Below, in pieces: positions 1 to 13,669 of a DNA stretch of 64,000 nt. How positions within the stretch are numbered: the first letter of the stretch is position 1; every line of letters begins with the position of its first letter. The notes beneath the pieces are model-generated. The model saw only the letters and a program-made list of their open reading frames with translations, was not told the DNA's origin and did not search any database. The translations under genes were made by a program, and so were the position numbers. Source of the stretch: Octopus vulgaris (taxonomy: Eukaryota); the NCBI GenBank assembly GCA_951406725.2, contig OX597824.1, forward strand, positions 24,676,001-24,740,000. The letters run 5' to 3'.

Positions 1-1685
1 ATGGAGACACAAAGTTATAAATTATAAATTGTAAGGACCAATAGAACAGTCCTATATAGAGGAATGCTAAAATATTACTGGTAGAAGAATTAGATGTTAT
101 TTAAGTCTAGAGAAAGTGTACGCCAATTTGTGAAGGCAAAACAAATTTCGCTCATTAATGCTGTTAATAATGGGTTGGCCGGCTTTGATGATGAAGAAAA
201 TTTCAGTGATACATAAAGAGCATTTTTATTTCTACTATTGTATACAGGTGCAGATGTTAGTATTTCCCAATCTAATTTAAAATCTATGTTTTTACTCCTG
301 AGTTCCCAGATATACGTACTTAACCCCGTAGAGTTCATCCTATTTTTATTTTTAAAAGTATATCTATGATAGTTTAGCCGTTGTTTTATACTATTTTTAG
401 TCGCACCAATGTACACCCTGCTATTGTATTGTGTATTTACAGTGCATTGGTAAACCACCTCTCTCCTCAGGCATTTATAACCAAACACACATTGATTTTT
501 GCTTCTGCAATTGCAGCATTATCAGATTGAGGAGATTTAACCCTGGCAGAAATCCCCGTAGCCCTATTCCTGTTGATATTATTGCACTTATTTTCACTAC
601 TACCCATGTTTGTCTTTCTATCATTATAGAAGCAATCTAATTTCTTGTTGTTGAAGGAGGAGATGATGGTGGCTAGATTATTCGCTAGATTATTAGAACT
701 ATTAGAACTATTCTAATAGTTCTATTGTTAATTATTTGGCTATATTTATTCTTACCCTTAGTAAATAGTCTATATATTACTTTATGTATTGTTCTGACTA
801 TATCCGTTTTAATCTGCATTGCATATGGTATTATTAGCCATAGTGTATCGTCATCACTATGTGGATTACTCCTCAAATTGCTATTTTTGGGAAAAACCCT
901 ATTATTCTTCCAACCCATATGTTTTCTACCCTTAGTATTGTCAATATAATACCTAGAATTCCCCTTTGGATTGGTTTTATTACTGACTTTATTGTTATTC
1001 TTCTTCTTCTTATTATTATTATTGTTTAGATGAACTCCACTATTGCCATATATATTATCAATGTTACTATGCCTACTGTTGATATCCCTATTATCATTAT
1101 TGTGCGCTAAGTTATTTAGACCAATGTTGACAAGTCTAAGATTATTAAAACTAGTATTATTGTCATATGTATTTTTATATAGTATATTTTTCTTTGTCCT
1201 ACAATTATTATTGTCCCTTCGGAATTTATTCGTGTTATTCGTGTTGTTCCTAATAGTTCCACCTGTGTTCGAAGGATTATTATTGGGTATATACCAAATT
1301 TTATTTTTGTAGCCTGCCTTCAGCAATGCCGTGTTGTATTTTTCACAATGCCTATTGAATACGTCCTCGTTTGAGGATAGATAAGAGATTCTCTGACTAA
1401 TGCTTCGTACCAGTGACTTTTTAATTTGAAGTGGGGTGATTGCTAGAGTGGTTTATATATACTAAGTTAGAATTAGGTTTCATATACGGTTCATGCATTC
1501 CATTAGTAAGGTTGCAATTGACATCTAAATAATTGGCAGAGTAATTTTCATTTTCAATAACTATGGATAAGCCAAAACTTCTAAAGAATTTATGTAGTCG
1601 TTTTTTTCAGTAATTCTAGCCTCCTATTAGATATTGGATATATGTTATTCCATGGAGGGTTGCATTTACAACCCCTATCTCAATT

Positions 1686-1688
<3 letters not shown>
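1..1688 (-). mobile_element. Penelope-like retroelement, 5'-truncated and frameshifted (RT C-terminus + linker + GIY-YIG endonuclease), capped by an inverted terminal segment at about 1630-1688
   Basis: Minus strand 1625-1330 reads FRSFGLSIVIENENYSANYLDVNCNLTNGMHEPYMKPNSNLVYINHSSNHP/QIKKSLVRSISQRISYLSSNEDVF..KYNTALLKAGY (Penelope RT thumb). Further on: CCNCRSKNQCVFGYKCLRREVVYQCTV..VYIGATKNSIKQRLNYH..NSTGLSTYIWEL (GIY-YIG). Confidence 0.9.
90..520 (-). pseudogene. GIY-YIG endonuclease domain of the Penelope-like element (frameshifted near C-terminus)
   Basis: ORF 90..488: VVY..YIG motif, conserved R..H, STxLSxYIW; Cys-rich linker immediately upstream. Confidence 0.88.
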
Positions 1689-1773
<85 letters not shown>

Positions 1774-1808
1774 AATATATATATATATATATACATATGC
1801 ATACATAT

Positions 1809-4198
1809 GTTAGTTAGTTAGTTTGTTAGTTAATTTGGCTCAAAAGCAAATAGCAAGGCCATGTAGGGGGACATGGAGTTAAGTACAGGGTGGTGTTCAT
1901 GTAAAGAGTTCAGGCCACTTGAGGTCCAGGAAGGCTTTGAACAAAGCGGTCGTCGGCATCTTCACCATCTCGTCTGGCAGCTTGTTCCACGGATCCGCAA
2001 CCCGGACGGAGAAAGCTCCTCTCCTTCCATTGAGATGAAATCTTCGCAGGTAGAGCTTTTCGGAATGACCCCGCAGCCGACGCTCTGGAGCAGGAGTGAA
2101 GAACAGCTCTTTCGAGAGGTTACACTTTCCGCTTATGATGTTGTGGGCGAGAATGAGATCACTACGGCGGCGGCGTTTTTCAAGAGAATAAAGGTCGAGC
2201 GTCCTCAGCCTTTCTTCGTAGGACAAATTTTTGAGACCATGAACCATGCGGGTAGCCAGCTTCTGGACTCTTTCGAGATGCTGTATGTCTTTGAGGAGAT
2301 AAGGAGAAGAGGCTTGAATCCCATACTCCAATATGGGTCTCACCAGCGTGACATAGAGTGGTAGGAATATGGCTGCTGTGAGCATTCCGAATGACCGTCG
2401 AATCAAGAACAGAATTCCGCGTGCTTTGTTGGCAGCATGGACGCACTGGGCCGAAGGCGAAAAGGAGAAATCCACCAAGATACCCAGGTCCTTTACCTGA
2501 TCGGTCCTCTCCAGCAGCAGACGACCCGGCTCGAAATCAAGTTGAGTTGCAGGAGGAGAGCCAACAGGCAGATGACAGCACTTTGACACGTTCAGACACA
2601 GGTCCCAATCGTTAGACCACTTCCAAATTTGGTGGAGGCATCGACGAAGATCCTCTATATCACCGCGAGGAGCGACCAGTTTGATATCGTCGGCAAATAG
2701 AAGGGTGTGTTGTGTGAGGTCGTCGGGAAAGTCATTTATGAAGACTAAGAACAACAAGGGCCCAAGCACTGAACCTTGAGGCACGCCACTGCTCGAACTG
2801 GAGACGTCGGACCGCGAACCATTAACTTGGACTTGGAAGGAGCGATCTGAGAGGAAGGCACCAACCCAACGTACAATATCCGGATGGAAACTATATGCTT
2901 GAAGCTTGACAAGTAATAGGCGGTGGTTTACCGAGTCAAAAGCTTTGGCAAAGTCCAATAAAACGATGTCAACAGCATCACTATCATCGAGGATGCGCGT
3001 CACCAATTCTTCCATTACTAGTAAGTTGGTCAAGCATGATCTCTTCGGCACGAAGCCGTGTTGGGAATCAGAGATAGGGGCTGTGTTTAGGAGGTGGAGC
3101 ATCATACTTTTCTTAAGGATGGTTTCGAACATCTTGCTGATTATTGATGTAAGGGAAACCGGTCGGTAGTTAAGCGGGTCTTCACGGCTCCCTTTCGCAG
3201 ATGACCGGAGCCAACGCCTTGATAACCCGTGGGTGTATGCCGTCAGAGCCGTGACCCTTGTTGACATCGAGGCCTTGAATAACACGTTTGACTTCGTCCC
3301 GCGTGATGACCAATTGAAGCATTGGAGGTACCGATCTATCAAATGGAGGGGGTTCACGACCATCATCTTGTTTGAAAATAGTTGAAAAAGCCTCGGCAAA
3401 TAATTGGCTCTGTTGATAAGGGTCCTCAATCGATACGCCTGTTGAGTCTACCAACGTTGCAATCTGGTTGTTCAAGCGGGAATTCCGCTGGACATGGGCA
3501 AAGAAGATTTTTGGATTGCTACTGGCATTTGCCGCGATTTTGTATACATAACTGAAGCGTTCTTTCTTTTCAATTTTCACGGCTCGGTCTCGTTGAGTTT
3601 TGTACACCTCAAAAGCTGCAGTCGAATCCAGATTTTTGAATTCAGCCCAAGCAATATCTCTGGGTCGACGTTCTCGTTTAACCTTCTTCGTCACCCAGGG
3701 CTTGTGTTTCTTCTTCTTGGGAAGCCCTACGGGAACTGCCTGGTCAGTCAACCAGATTACATATGCTTTGAGGGATGACCATAGTTCGTCAACTGAGGAC
3801 AACGTCACCAGGGATCGCCAGTCCAGAAGCGCGGAAGCCTCGGTTAGAATTTCAAGATTAATTGCAGAGAAGACTCTACGTGGCAGCGAAGTAGTCGTGG
3901 GCGTAGAAAAAGTTGTGTGCATGACGAACTTCAGGACCGCATGATCACTCTAGGCAAGAGGGGCGCACACAGATACGTCTGAAACTGATCTTGGATAGCG
4001 GGAGAATACCAGATCTAGCATAGATGGCTGCTGCCCAGACCGATGCCTTGTCGGATATTCAACATGTTGCGATAGAAAACAATCTTCAGCCACGTCAAGA
4101 AGGGCCTGGCCGAACCGGGAAGATGTTGTACAAATTGATGCGGGCCAATCGATCGTGGGAGCGTTGAAGTCTCCTAGTACCAAACAGTCATGCGAAGC
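1809..4198 (-). mobile_element. CR1-group LINE, 5'-truncated ORF2 (APE C-terminus + RT) with (TAAC)n tail; inactive
   Basis: [24 protein letters not shown] (APE); NYRPVSLTS, QHGF, LDFAKAFDSV, GVPQGSVLGPLLF, FADD (RT). Stop at about 3950 and an internal deletion/frameshift at about 3195. TAAC repeats at 1809-1833. Confidence 0.95.
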
Positions 4199-4336
4199 TA
4201 CACACACATATACATATATATGAATATTCATGTATATACATAGATACAAACACAAACGCACACGCACATATATATGTATATATACATACACACATATATA
4301 TATATGTATATATGTATGAATGTATGAATATCTATA

Positions 4337-4394
<58 letters not shown>

Positions 4395-4668
4395 TATATA
4401 CAATGTGAGATGGGTAAATTGTCACCAATTTATGTTTTTAATTGCACGCATGTGCATTGTTTGTTTTTTTATTTTCTCGACTACTCAGTGTAGTGGCGTC
4501 AGTTGGGCACCGTCTGCGAAAAAAACAGCACCATTCCCCTGCCAGAAAATTAGAAAGGGCATGTTGTACTACTTGACATTCGCCCCGGGTGCTCCAATAC
4601 GAACATTTCAGAGTGTTTGGGTGTCAATCTGACGACAGTGCATTCTGAGAACATGTACCGAGAGTGAT

Positions 4669-5070
4669 AAAAATCAATCATCCAGTCAACATCATGATGG
4701 TTAGAGTGATCATTAGTGATGGCGACGTTATGCCGCCATTCGTCTCCCCTCACGGCTTCAACACGGACGCCTACATCAAATGACTGGAGGAGTTAGTGCT
4801 GCCTTGGGTCAAGAGGATGGCTGCTGGAAGACCTTATCTCTAGCAACAGATCTCTGCACCATGTCACTCGAGCAGGAGAACCCAGTCATGGCTGTTGGAC
4901 AATTTCTGCGACCACATCACTCCTAACATCTGACCACCTGACTCACCAGACTGCCACAGCCTTGACTGTTATATGTGGGGCACAGTTAAGCGAGAGATAA
5001 AAAAAAAATCATTGTAGCAACAAAGATGAACTGAAGGTAAGGATTATGACAGCATTCACCAATTTAAACG
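4669..5070 (+). mobile_element. Degenerate Tc1/mariner-superfamily (maT/DD37D-like) transposase fragment
   Basis: Translates HPVNIMM..SDGDVMPPF..NTDAYIK*LEELVLPWVKRMAAGRPYL*QQISAPCH..TQSWL..*PPDSPDCHSLDCYMWG, matching the WQQDSAPCH/WPPxSPDxNPLD motifs. Confidence 0.8.
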
Positions 5071-5106
5071 AATCGACCCCAGGACTTGGTTTTTAAGACT
5101 TGTACT

Positions 5107-5218
<112 letters not shown>

Positions 5219-5241
5219 CAAATACATGTATATACTTATAT

Positions 5242-5432
5242 CAGGAGTGGCTGTGTGGTAAGTAACTTCCTTACAAACTACATGGTTCCGAGTTCAGTCC
5301 CACTGCGTGACACCTTGGGCAAGTGTCTTCTACTATAGCCTCAGGCCAACCAAAGCCTTGTGAGTGGATTTGGTTAACGGAAACTGAAAGAAACCCGCCG
5401 AATGTACACACACACGCACACACACACACTCA

Positions 5433-5506
<74 letters not shown>

Positions 5507-5733
5507 CATATATGTATATACGTGTGTATATGTTTGTGTGCCTGTATTTGTCCCCCCAACATCGCTTGACAACCGATGCTGGTGTGTTTACGTTACCGTA
5601 ACCTAAAGTTGGGCAAAAGTGAGCGATAGAATAAATTCTAGGCTTACAAAGAATAAGTCCAGGGGTCGATGTGCTCGACTAAGGGCAGTGCTCCAGCATG
5701 GCCACGGTCAAATGACTCAAACAAGTAAAAGAG
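5242..5733 (+). mobile_element. tRNA-derived SINE family A with internal microsatellite
   Basis: A box-like GTGGCTGTGTGGT, B box-like GTTCAGTCCC, CORE-like CCTTGGGCAAGT, internal (CA)n, tail ..GACTCAAACAAGTAAAAGAG; more than 20 copies in window. Confidence 0.9.
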
Positions 5734-5780
5734 TATACATATATACACACATAAATACATACACACACACACGCACACAC

Positions 5781-5818
<38 letters not shown>

Positions 5819-5851
5819 GCACATATATCTATATATATATATATATATATA

Positions 5852-6284
5852 CTCTTTTTACTCTTTTACTTGTTTCACTCATTTGACTGCGGCTATGCTG
5901 GAGCACCGCCTTTAATCGAGCAACTCGACCCCGGCACTTATTCTTTGTAAGCCCAGTACTTATTCTATAGGTCTGTTTTGCCGAACCGCTAAGTGACGGG
6001 GATATAAACACACCAGCATCAGTTGTCAAGCAATGCTAGGGGGACAAACACAGACACACAAACACACAGACACACAAACACACATACACACAAACACACA
6101 CATATATATATATATACATATATACGACGGGTTTCTTTCAGTTTCCGTCTACCAAATCCACTCACAAGGCTTCGGTCGGTCCGAGGCTATAGTAGAAGAC
6201 ACTTGCCCAAGGTGCCACGCAGTGGGACTGAACCCGGAACCATGTGGCTGGTAAACAAGCTACTTACCACACAGCCACACGCCT
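5852..6284 (-). mobile_element. SINE family A
   Basis: Reverse complement of the family A consensus, full length. Confidence 0.9.
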
Positions 6285-6309
6285 ATATATATATATGTAT
6301 GTGTGTGTG

Positions 6310-6520
6310 TGTTTGTGTGTCTGTATTTGTCCCCCTTGCATTGCTTGACAACCGATGCTGGTGTGTTTACGTCCCCGTCACCTAGCGCTTCGGCAAAAGA
6401 GACTGATAGAATAAGTACTGGGCTTACAAAGAATAAGTCCCGGGGTCGATTTGCTCGACTAAAGTCGGTGCTCCAGCATGGCCGCAGTCAAATGACTGAA
6501 ACAAGTAAAAGAGTAAAGAG
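6310..6520 (+). mobile_element. SINE family A, 3' half
   Basis: GCTTGACAACCGATGCTGG..GCTCCAGCATGGCCGCAGTCAAATGACTGAAACAAG. Confidence 0.88.
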
Positions 6521-6539
6521 TATATACACACACATATAA

Positions 6540-6581
<42 letters not shown>

Positions 6582-6689
6582 CAGACACTCGAAAGCATAT
6601 ATATATATGTATGTATGCATGTATGTATGTATGTATGTACGAATGTATGTATAAATATATGCGTATGTCAGTGTGTGTGATTGTATATG

Positions 6690-6915
6690 TGGGAAACCTC
6701 ACCCATCATATAAGAATGAAGAGACTGAGATGGGTTCTCTCGTGAAAGATGTAATACGCAGGCCACACAGTAACCGCGAAAGAGCTGGCATTCTACCAAG
6801 ACTTCTTGAAATCCACAAGTCACGTGACAGACCGCCTAAAACGTGGGCCTTCCAGATGCGCGAAGAGGAAAGCATCTAGACGATATGGGTGGCAGGCGTC
6901 TGGAAAGGACCAAAC
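6690..6915 (+). mobile_element. Degenerate RTE-like LINE 3' fragment
   Basis: IRMKRLRW and SRDRPPKTW motifs in shifted frames. Confidence 0.5.
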
Positions 6916-6917
6916 AA

Positions 6918-6953
<36 letters not shown>

Positions 6954-7144
6954 TGTTGTATGTGTGTTGTGTGTACAGCTCATTTACAGAAAACAAAAGA
7001 CGAAGACAGGTAAAAGAAAATCATTGCAGGTAAATCATTGTGTGCGTGTATGTATGTATGTATGTATGTATGCATGTATGTAATCATATACACGTTCACA
7101 CACAAACACACACGCACGCACACACACATATATGTGTGTAAGTA

Positions 7145-7785
<641 letters not shown>

Positions 7786-8272
7786 AGTTCGTTATCCCTT
7801 CTTACTCTCACTGCCCCCCCCCCAACTAAAGTACAACATCCGATGATAGTAGGTCATACCCTACATTCCACGCTAAATACTATTGATAGATTCGCTATTA
7901 GAGTAATTTGTGTCTCTCGAGCACTGAATGCTGATGTGTATATGTGTGTGTTTGGGTGGGTGTATGTTTGTATGCTTGTGTATTTGTGTGTGCGCGCAGG
8001 GGATGAGTGTGAGTGTGTGTGTGTGTGTGTGTCTGTGTACTGGGTAATTATGAGTGCTAATGTACCTAAAGCGTGAGTGCGTGTGGGTGCGTATGCGTGA
8101 GAGAGAGAGAGAAAGGAAGAGAGGGAGGAGAATCGTTTATATGTAAGTGCGTAATTTGAGTGCGAGTGGTGTGTGTGTGTGTATATATGTGTGTGTATAT
8201 ATGTGTGTGTATGTATGTATGTATAAGCACACATGTATATGTATACACACACTCGTATGTGTATATATATAA

Positions 8273-8309
<37 letters not shown>

Positions 8310-8338
8310 TATATACATATACATATGTATATATGAAT

Positions 8339-8864
<526 letters not shown>

Positions 8865-8891
8865 GCTATCGATGTTCGCTATTTCTCTATC

Positions 8892-8938
<47 letters not shown>

Positions 8939-8973
8939 GTCTGTCTGTCTGTGTGTCTGCCTGTCTGTCTGTC

Positions 8974-9052
<79 letters not shown>

Positions 9053-9737
9053 CGGTGTGCATTCAAAGCAACGATTAGTAAATTCACGAAACCGCTATAC
9101 TTTTGAATCCCTTTAATAATTCACAATAATGACTTTTATTACTTTCATTCCTACTTCAGTTCATCTAATTGTATATATCTATTGTTACTTTTCATAAAGA
9201 AGCCTTTACTTTTTTTTATTTACAATGTGCTTTTCGCATATTTTTCTTCTTACTTTCCCCTTACATTTCCACGTGTAGTTTCTATTTTCTTTTTTGTAAG
9301 AAATGCAATTTCGAAAAAGCCCGCCATTTACACAGATGTATAAGGGGTAAACATTTCTACATGCTGCATTGGATACGATAGTTGTTCGCCTGGTATGTTG
9401 TTTTTGTTCATACATTAGATAGCTTGAATTATACTTGCACTGAGGAGAGAAAAGTGCATACCACTGCACTAATTACGAAATCACAGAGTGATATGCAGCT
9501 GAATTCTGTTTTTAAATGACTTTCTTCAAGAGTTGGTTTCGGTACGATATGTTTATTTTAGTAGTTTTGACTTTAAGAGTCCCTCCTAGCGTGTGGCATT
9601 TATGTGTAATAATGCCTTCTATATAATATAAATAAATATATTTAAGTGAAAAAATTGATGGATTTTTTTCTTTCATGAGGTTTTTCACGCTAACCACTTG
9701 ATAAATTCTTATGAAGATTTTATCCCATTTTTAAAGT

Positions 9738-9810
<73 letters not shown>

Positions 9811-9811
<1 letters not shown>

Positions 9812-9947
9812 GGCGCAGGAGTGGCTGTGTGGTAAGAAGCTTGCTTACCAACCACATGGTTCCGGGTTCAGTGCCACCGCGTAGCACCTTGGGCCAGTGC
9901 TTTCTACTATAGCCACGGGCCAACCAAAGCCTTGTGAGTGGATTTGG

Positions 9948-9980
<33 letters not shown>

Positions 9981-10140
9981 TCTCCATGATAGATCTGTAG
10001 CCATTACACACATTTTTTCTCTCCTTGTTTCTTTCTGTGTTCCTGAAACGTAAAAGACTTTTTCAATTCCCGAGCGTTATACTAATACATCTGTTTGTTT
10101 TCTGCACCACCTGTCTTCTTTTATTTTTTTCATGAATTCT

Positions 10141-10184
<44 letters not shown>

Positions 10185-10206
10185 GGGTTTCTTTTCAGTG
10201 TCCGTA

Positions 10207-10259
<53 letters not shown>

Positions 10260-10415
10260 TTGTGTGTCTATGTTTGTCCCCCTCCTCATCGCTTGACAAC
10301 CGATTTTCGACAAAAGAGACTGATCGAATAAGTACTAGGCTTACAAAGAATAAGTCCTGGGGTAGATTTGTTTGACTAAAGGCAGTGTTCCAGCATGGCC
10401 GTGGTCAAAATGATT
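9811..10415 (+). mobile_element. SINE family A split into 5' (9811-9949) and 3' (10258-10415) halves by microsatellites and an insert
   Basis: Both halves match the family A consensus in the same orientation. Confidence 0.75.
9978..10143 (+). mobile_element. Short pLTR-like element related to 25003 and 62775 copies, hammerhead core deleted
   Basis: GAAACGTAAAAGACTTTTTC..CCCGAGCGTTATACTAATACATCTGTTTG..CACCACCTGTCTTC..AATTCTCCCT-(TA)n. Confidence 0.65.
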
Positions 10416-10509
10416 GGTGCTTATTCTATAGGTCACTTTCACTGAACCTTTAAGTTACGTGGCCGAAACTCACTTAGACTGGTTGTCAAGCGGTGTTCGT
10501 GTGTGTATT

Positions 10510-10564
<55 letters not shown>

Positions 10565-10672
10565 CCTGCTCGCTTAGCCAGCGGGGTGGCGTCATTCGAA
10601 GGCTAAACCATTGCGAACGCATTGTGACCAGCGATGTGTAACAGCATCTGATGGTCTGGTCGGTCACGTGAA

Positions 10673-10723
<51 letters not shown>

Positions 10724-10725
<2 letters not shown>

Positions 10726-10877
10726 GACGGGCTTTCAATTTCCGTCTACCATATCCACTCAAGGTTTTTGTCGACCCGATGCTTATAGTAGAAGACTCTT
10801 GCACAAGGTGCCTCGCAGTGGGACTGAACCATGTGATTGGGATGCAATCTTCTTACCACACAGCCACGACCGCGCCT
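10724..10877 (-). mobile_element. SINE family A, 5' half, diverged
   Basis: Reverse complement of the head and CORE-like region. Confidence 0.8.
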
Positions 10878-11319
10878 ATTTCATCCAGTTTCGCGTCTTG
10901 GTTGCTTCCAGAAAGAAAAATATGCAAATGGAAAGAAATAAAGAAGAAGCTGCCTCAACACACAACTATTATTTTATTTAAAGACATGAAAACGGACGTG
11001 GGGGCAGAGTTGGGTTCGGAATGCTTACACTCAAAGCGCAGGGAACCGGAAGAATTTTGCAAAGCAATCGATCAAACGCTCTATACCGCGACCAGTTTAC
11101 CATCTTAACAAATGACTTGTGACATCAGCGTGATTTTTGAGGTTTCAAAGAGATTTGGCTGCAATAAATATTCCTGTCATATTGGTTCGTTCCTGTTGTA
11201 AACATTCGCTGGAGTCTTAATACGGATGTTGCAGCATTTTTGACTATGTTCAACTGAATGAATGTACTGAACGCCAGCAATTTATTTTGCTTTATTTTAT
11301 TTTATTCTATTCCAAGGGT

Positions 11320-11700
11320 AATTAGAACACCCAAGCTTCATAGGAAGGTAATATAATGGTTGACATTTTGAAACAAATGACGACCGTGTGTGTAATATCA
11401 TCAACAGAGATTTGACATAATCGACATTTTCGGTCACATTTTAAAGGTTCAAGTAGTTCATTATCTCTTTTGCTTGGCAGGTATTTTATAGTTATCTTTT
11501 TCTGCTTCAAAAGCATAACCTTTTCAAAAGAATAGCCTTTGAAATATGACATTGTGTAACAATCCGAAGTCCAAGAGAGGTTACACTCCTCGTAGTGAAA
11601 CTATATTCATACATAACTTTCTCATAAAACGGGAGTGTTTTGCATTCGGGTCATTGTTAAGGTGAGTCTACTTAACAGTCCTGAGTTCATATGGAATATC
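11320..11700 (-). mobile_element. R4/Dong-like (RLE) non-LTR retrotransposon fragment, zinc-knuckle region
   Basis: SYFKGYSF..ITIKYL..KCDRKCRLCQISVDDITHTVVIC (CCHC knuckle). Confidence 0.65.
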
Positions 11701-12019
11701 ATTAGTACTTAGACTTTGGCACGTTTGTGTTGCTAAGAAATTTACTTTGTAGCTGCGTAGTACTGGATTCGACTTCTGTTCTTGGAGCAAGGGTCTTCAA
11801 TCATAGCATCGAGTCAGCTAAAGGGCTATGAGAGAAATTATGTGAATGGAGATCGCATAGGAGCCCATCGAAGAGACTTTTCCAGCATTCTACTCACCCC
11901 TCGCCCATTTTAAAACCCACCATACAGTTCTTGTGTGTCTTAGGCAAATTAGCTCCTGGTCGCCAGTCTGAGAATAAATTCAGTCTTATCTGCCTATTAT
12001 CAGTCATGATTCTTTATTC

Positions 12020-12317
12020 ATTTTATTCTTTTACTTGTTTCAGACATATGACTGCAGCCATGCTGGGGCACCGCCTTGAAGAATTTTAGTCGAGCAAATC
12101 GACCCCGGCACATATTTTTAAACCTGGTACTTATTCTATCAGTCTCCTCTGCCGAACGGCTAAGTTTAAGAACCGTTATGATAACCAACACTGGTTTATC
12201 AAGCAGTGGTGGGGGACAAACACAGGCAAAAACCACATACATACAGATATACATCTTCATACGCACACACACATACACACACACATACATACATACATAC
12301 ATACATACATACATACA

Positions 12318-12348
<31 letters not shown>

Positions 12349-12500
12349 GACGAGTTTCTTTCAGTTTCTCTCTATCAAATCCGCTCACAAAGAATTGGTC
12401 AATCCAAGGCTATATTTGAACGCCCTTGCCCAAGATGCCATGCAGTGGGAATGAACCCAAAACCTTGGGGTCAGGGAGAAAATTTTAACCACAAGGCCAT
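12020..12500 (-). mobile_element. SINE family A, older subfamily, internal (CATA)n
   Basis: Diverged reverse complement of the consensus. Confidence 0.82.
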
Positions 12501-12892
12501 GGCTCTGAAAGGGATCACGGGCCTTACCGTTAGCCTTACAAAATAATATAAATGTACTATTTTCGCTGATATTTTCCAGCTGGTGCAACTTATGTAATTC
12601 TGTACCAAAAGTCTAATCTACGTGTCTTTCCTGACTTTCTTTTGAGACAGAGGTCAACCAATATCACTATCTTCGGAGGAAGTAGACCAATGTTATAGTA
12701 GGATTTAGTCCAACCTATATAATGATTTGACAGTTTACAAGATGCATGCTTTTTCGAAAAAAGAAAAAGGAAAAAAAAAACGTGGTATGTCTCAAAACAA
12801 TCACCCTAAGTCCTAGATTCAAAGTTGAGCCTACCATTTGAGCTAATTTTGTCCTAACACTTACTACAAGAGGTTGTTTTAACCCAATCGGA

Positions 12893-13020
12893 CTTTCATC
12901 CTCTCGGGGTCGATAAATAAAGTACCAGTTTCGCACTGGGTCGATGTAATCGACTTAATCCCTTTGTCTGTCCTTGTTTGTTCCCTCTATGTTTAGCCCC
13001 TTGTGGGTAGTAAAGAAATA
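12893..13020 (+). mobile_element. SINE family B, 3' part
   Basis: CTTTCATCC..GGGGTCGATAAA..GTACCAG..TTAGCCCCTTGTGGGTAGTAAAGAAATA. Confidence 0.88.
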
Positions 13021-13500
13021 TATATATATATATATATGATGGCTGTCCACTCGTGACCGAGGAAGACCTTCAATGGCCGTTGCCCATACAAAATGACATA
13101 ATCTGGAGACAAAGCGGGACACTATAACTTGTGTCAACATGGGGCGCAAGCTCAGAGATGTGAGAGCTCCATGATCTCAATTGCAGGCGAAAATTCTCCC
13201 AACACGTTCAATGCCTTTCTCTTGCATATCTGGCTTTATATCAGTGCCTCACTCCTAGTTGTCTCACAGCACGTCAGACACCACCTCGGAATATCTGAGG
13301 GCTTGTGCTATTGCTAGATAGTCGTTGAACCTACACTAAGTTCATCCGTCCTTTTCACAGGTCCTGTTGGGTTACTTACAACCCTGCTCAAGACTAGCCG
13401 GGATGCAAGCTTAATTGAGGTGCCGGTTTAGTTGCCGACAACCCGATCATGCAACAGTAGCACTAATGAGAAATCTTAGGAGTGGCTTAACACAAATAAA

Positions 13501-13544
<44 letters not shown>

Positions 13545-13578
13545 TTGTGTGTGTGTGAGAGAGAGAGGGAGAGAGAGA

Positions 13579-13617
<39 letters not shown>

Positions 13618-13630
13618 TATACAAACATAT

Positions 13631-13667
<37 letters not shown>

Positions 13668-13669
<2 letters not shown>

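Noticed and set aside
1873-2615. Plus-strand ORFs overlapping the CR1 element (and those antisense to the RTE at 45.5-46.8k)
   Set aside because: Antisense shadows of RT ORFs.
6023-6385. Recurrent ORFs such as RLPNPLTRL../VEDTCPRCHAVGLNPEPCGW suggesting a gene family
   Set aside because: Chance translations of SINE-A copies with variable frames.
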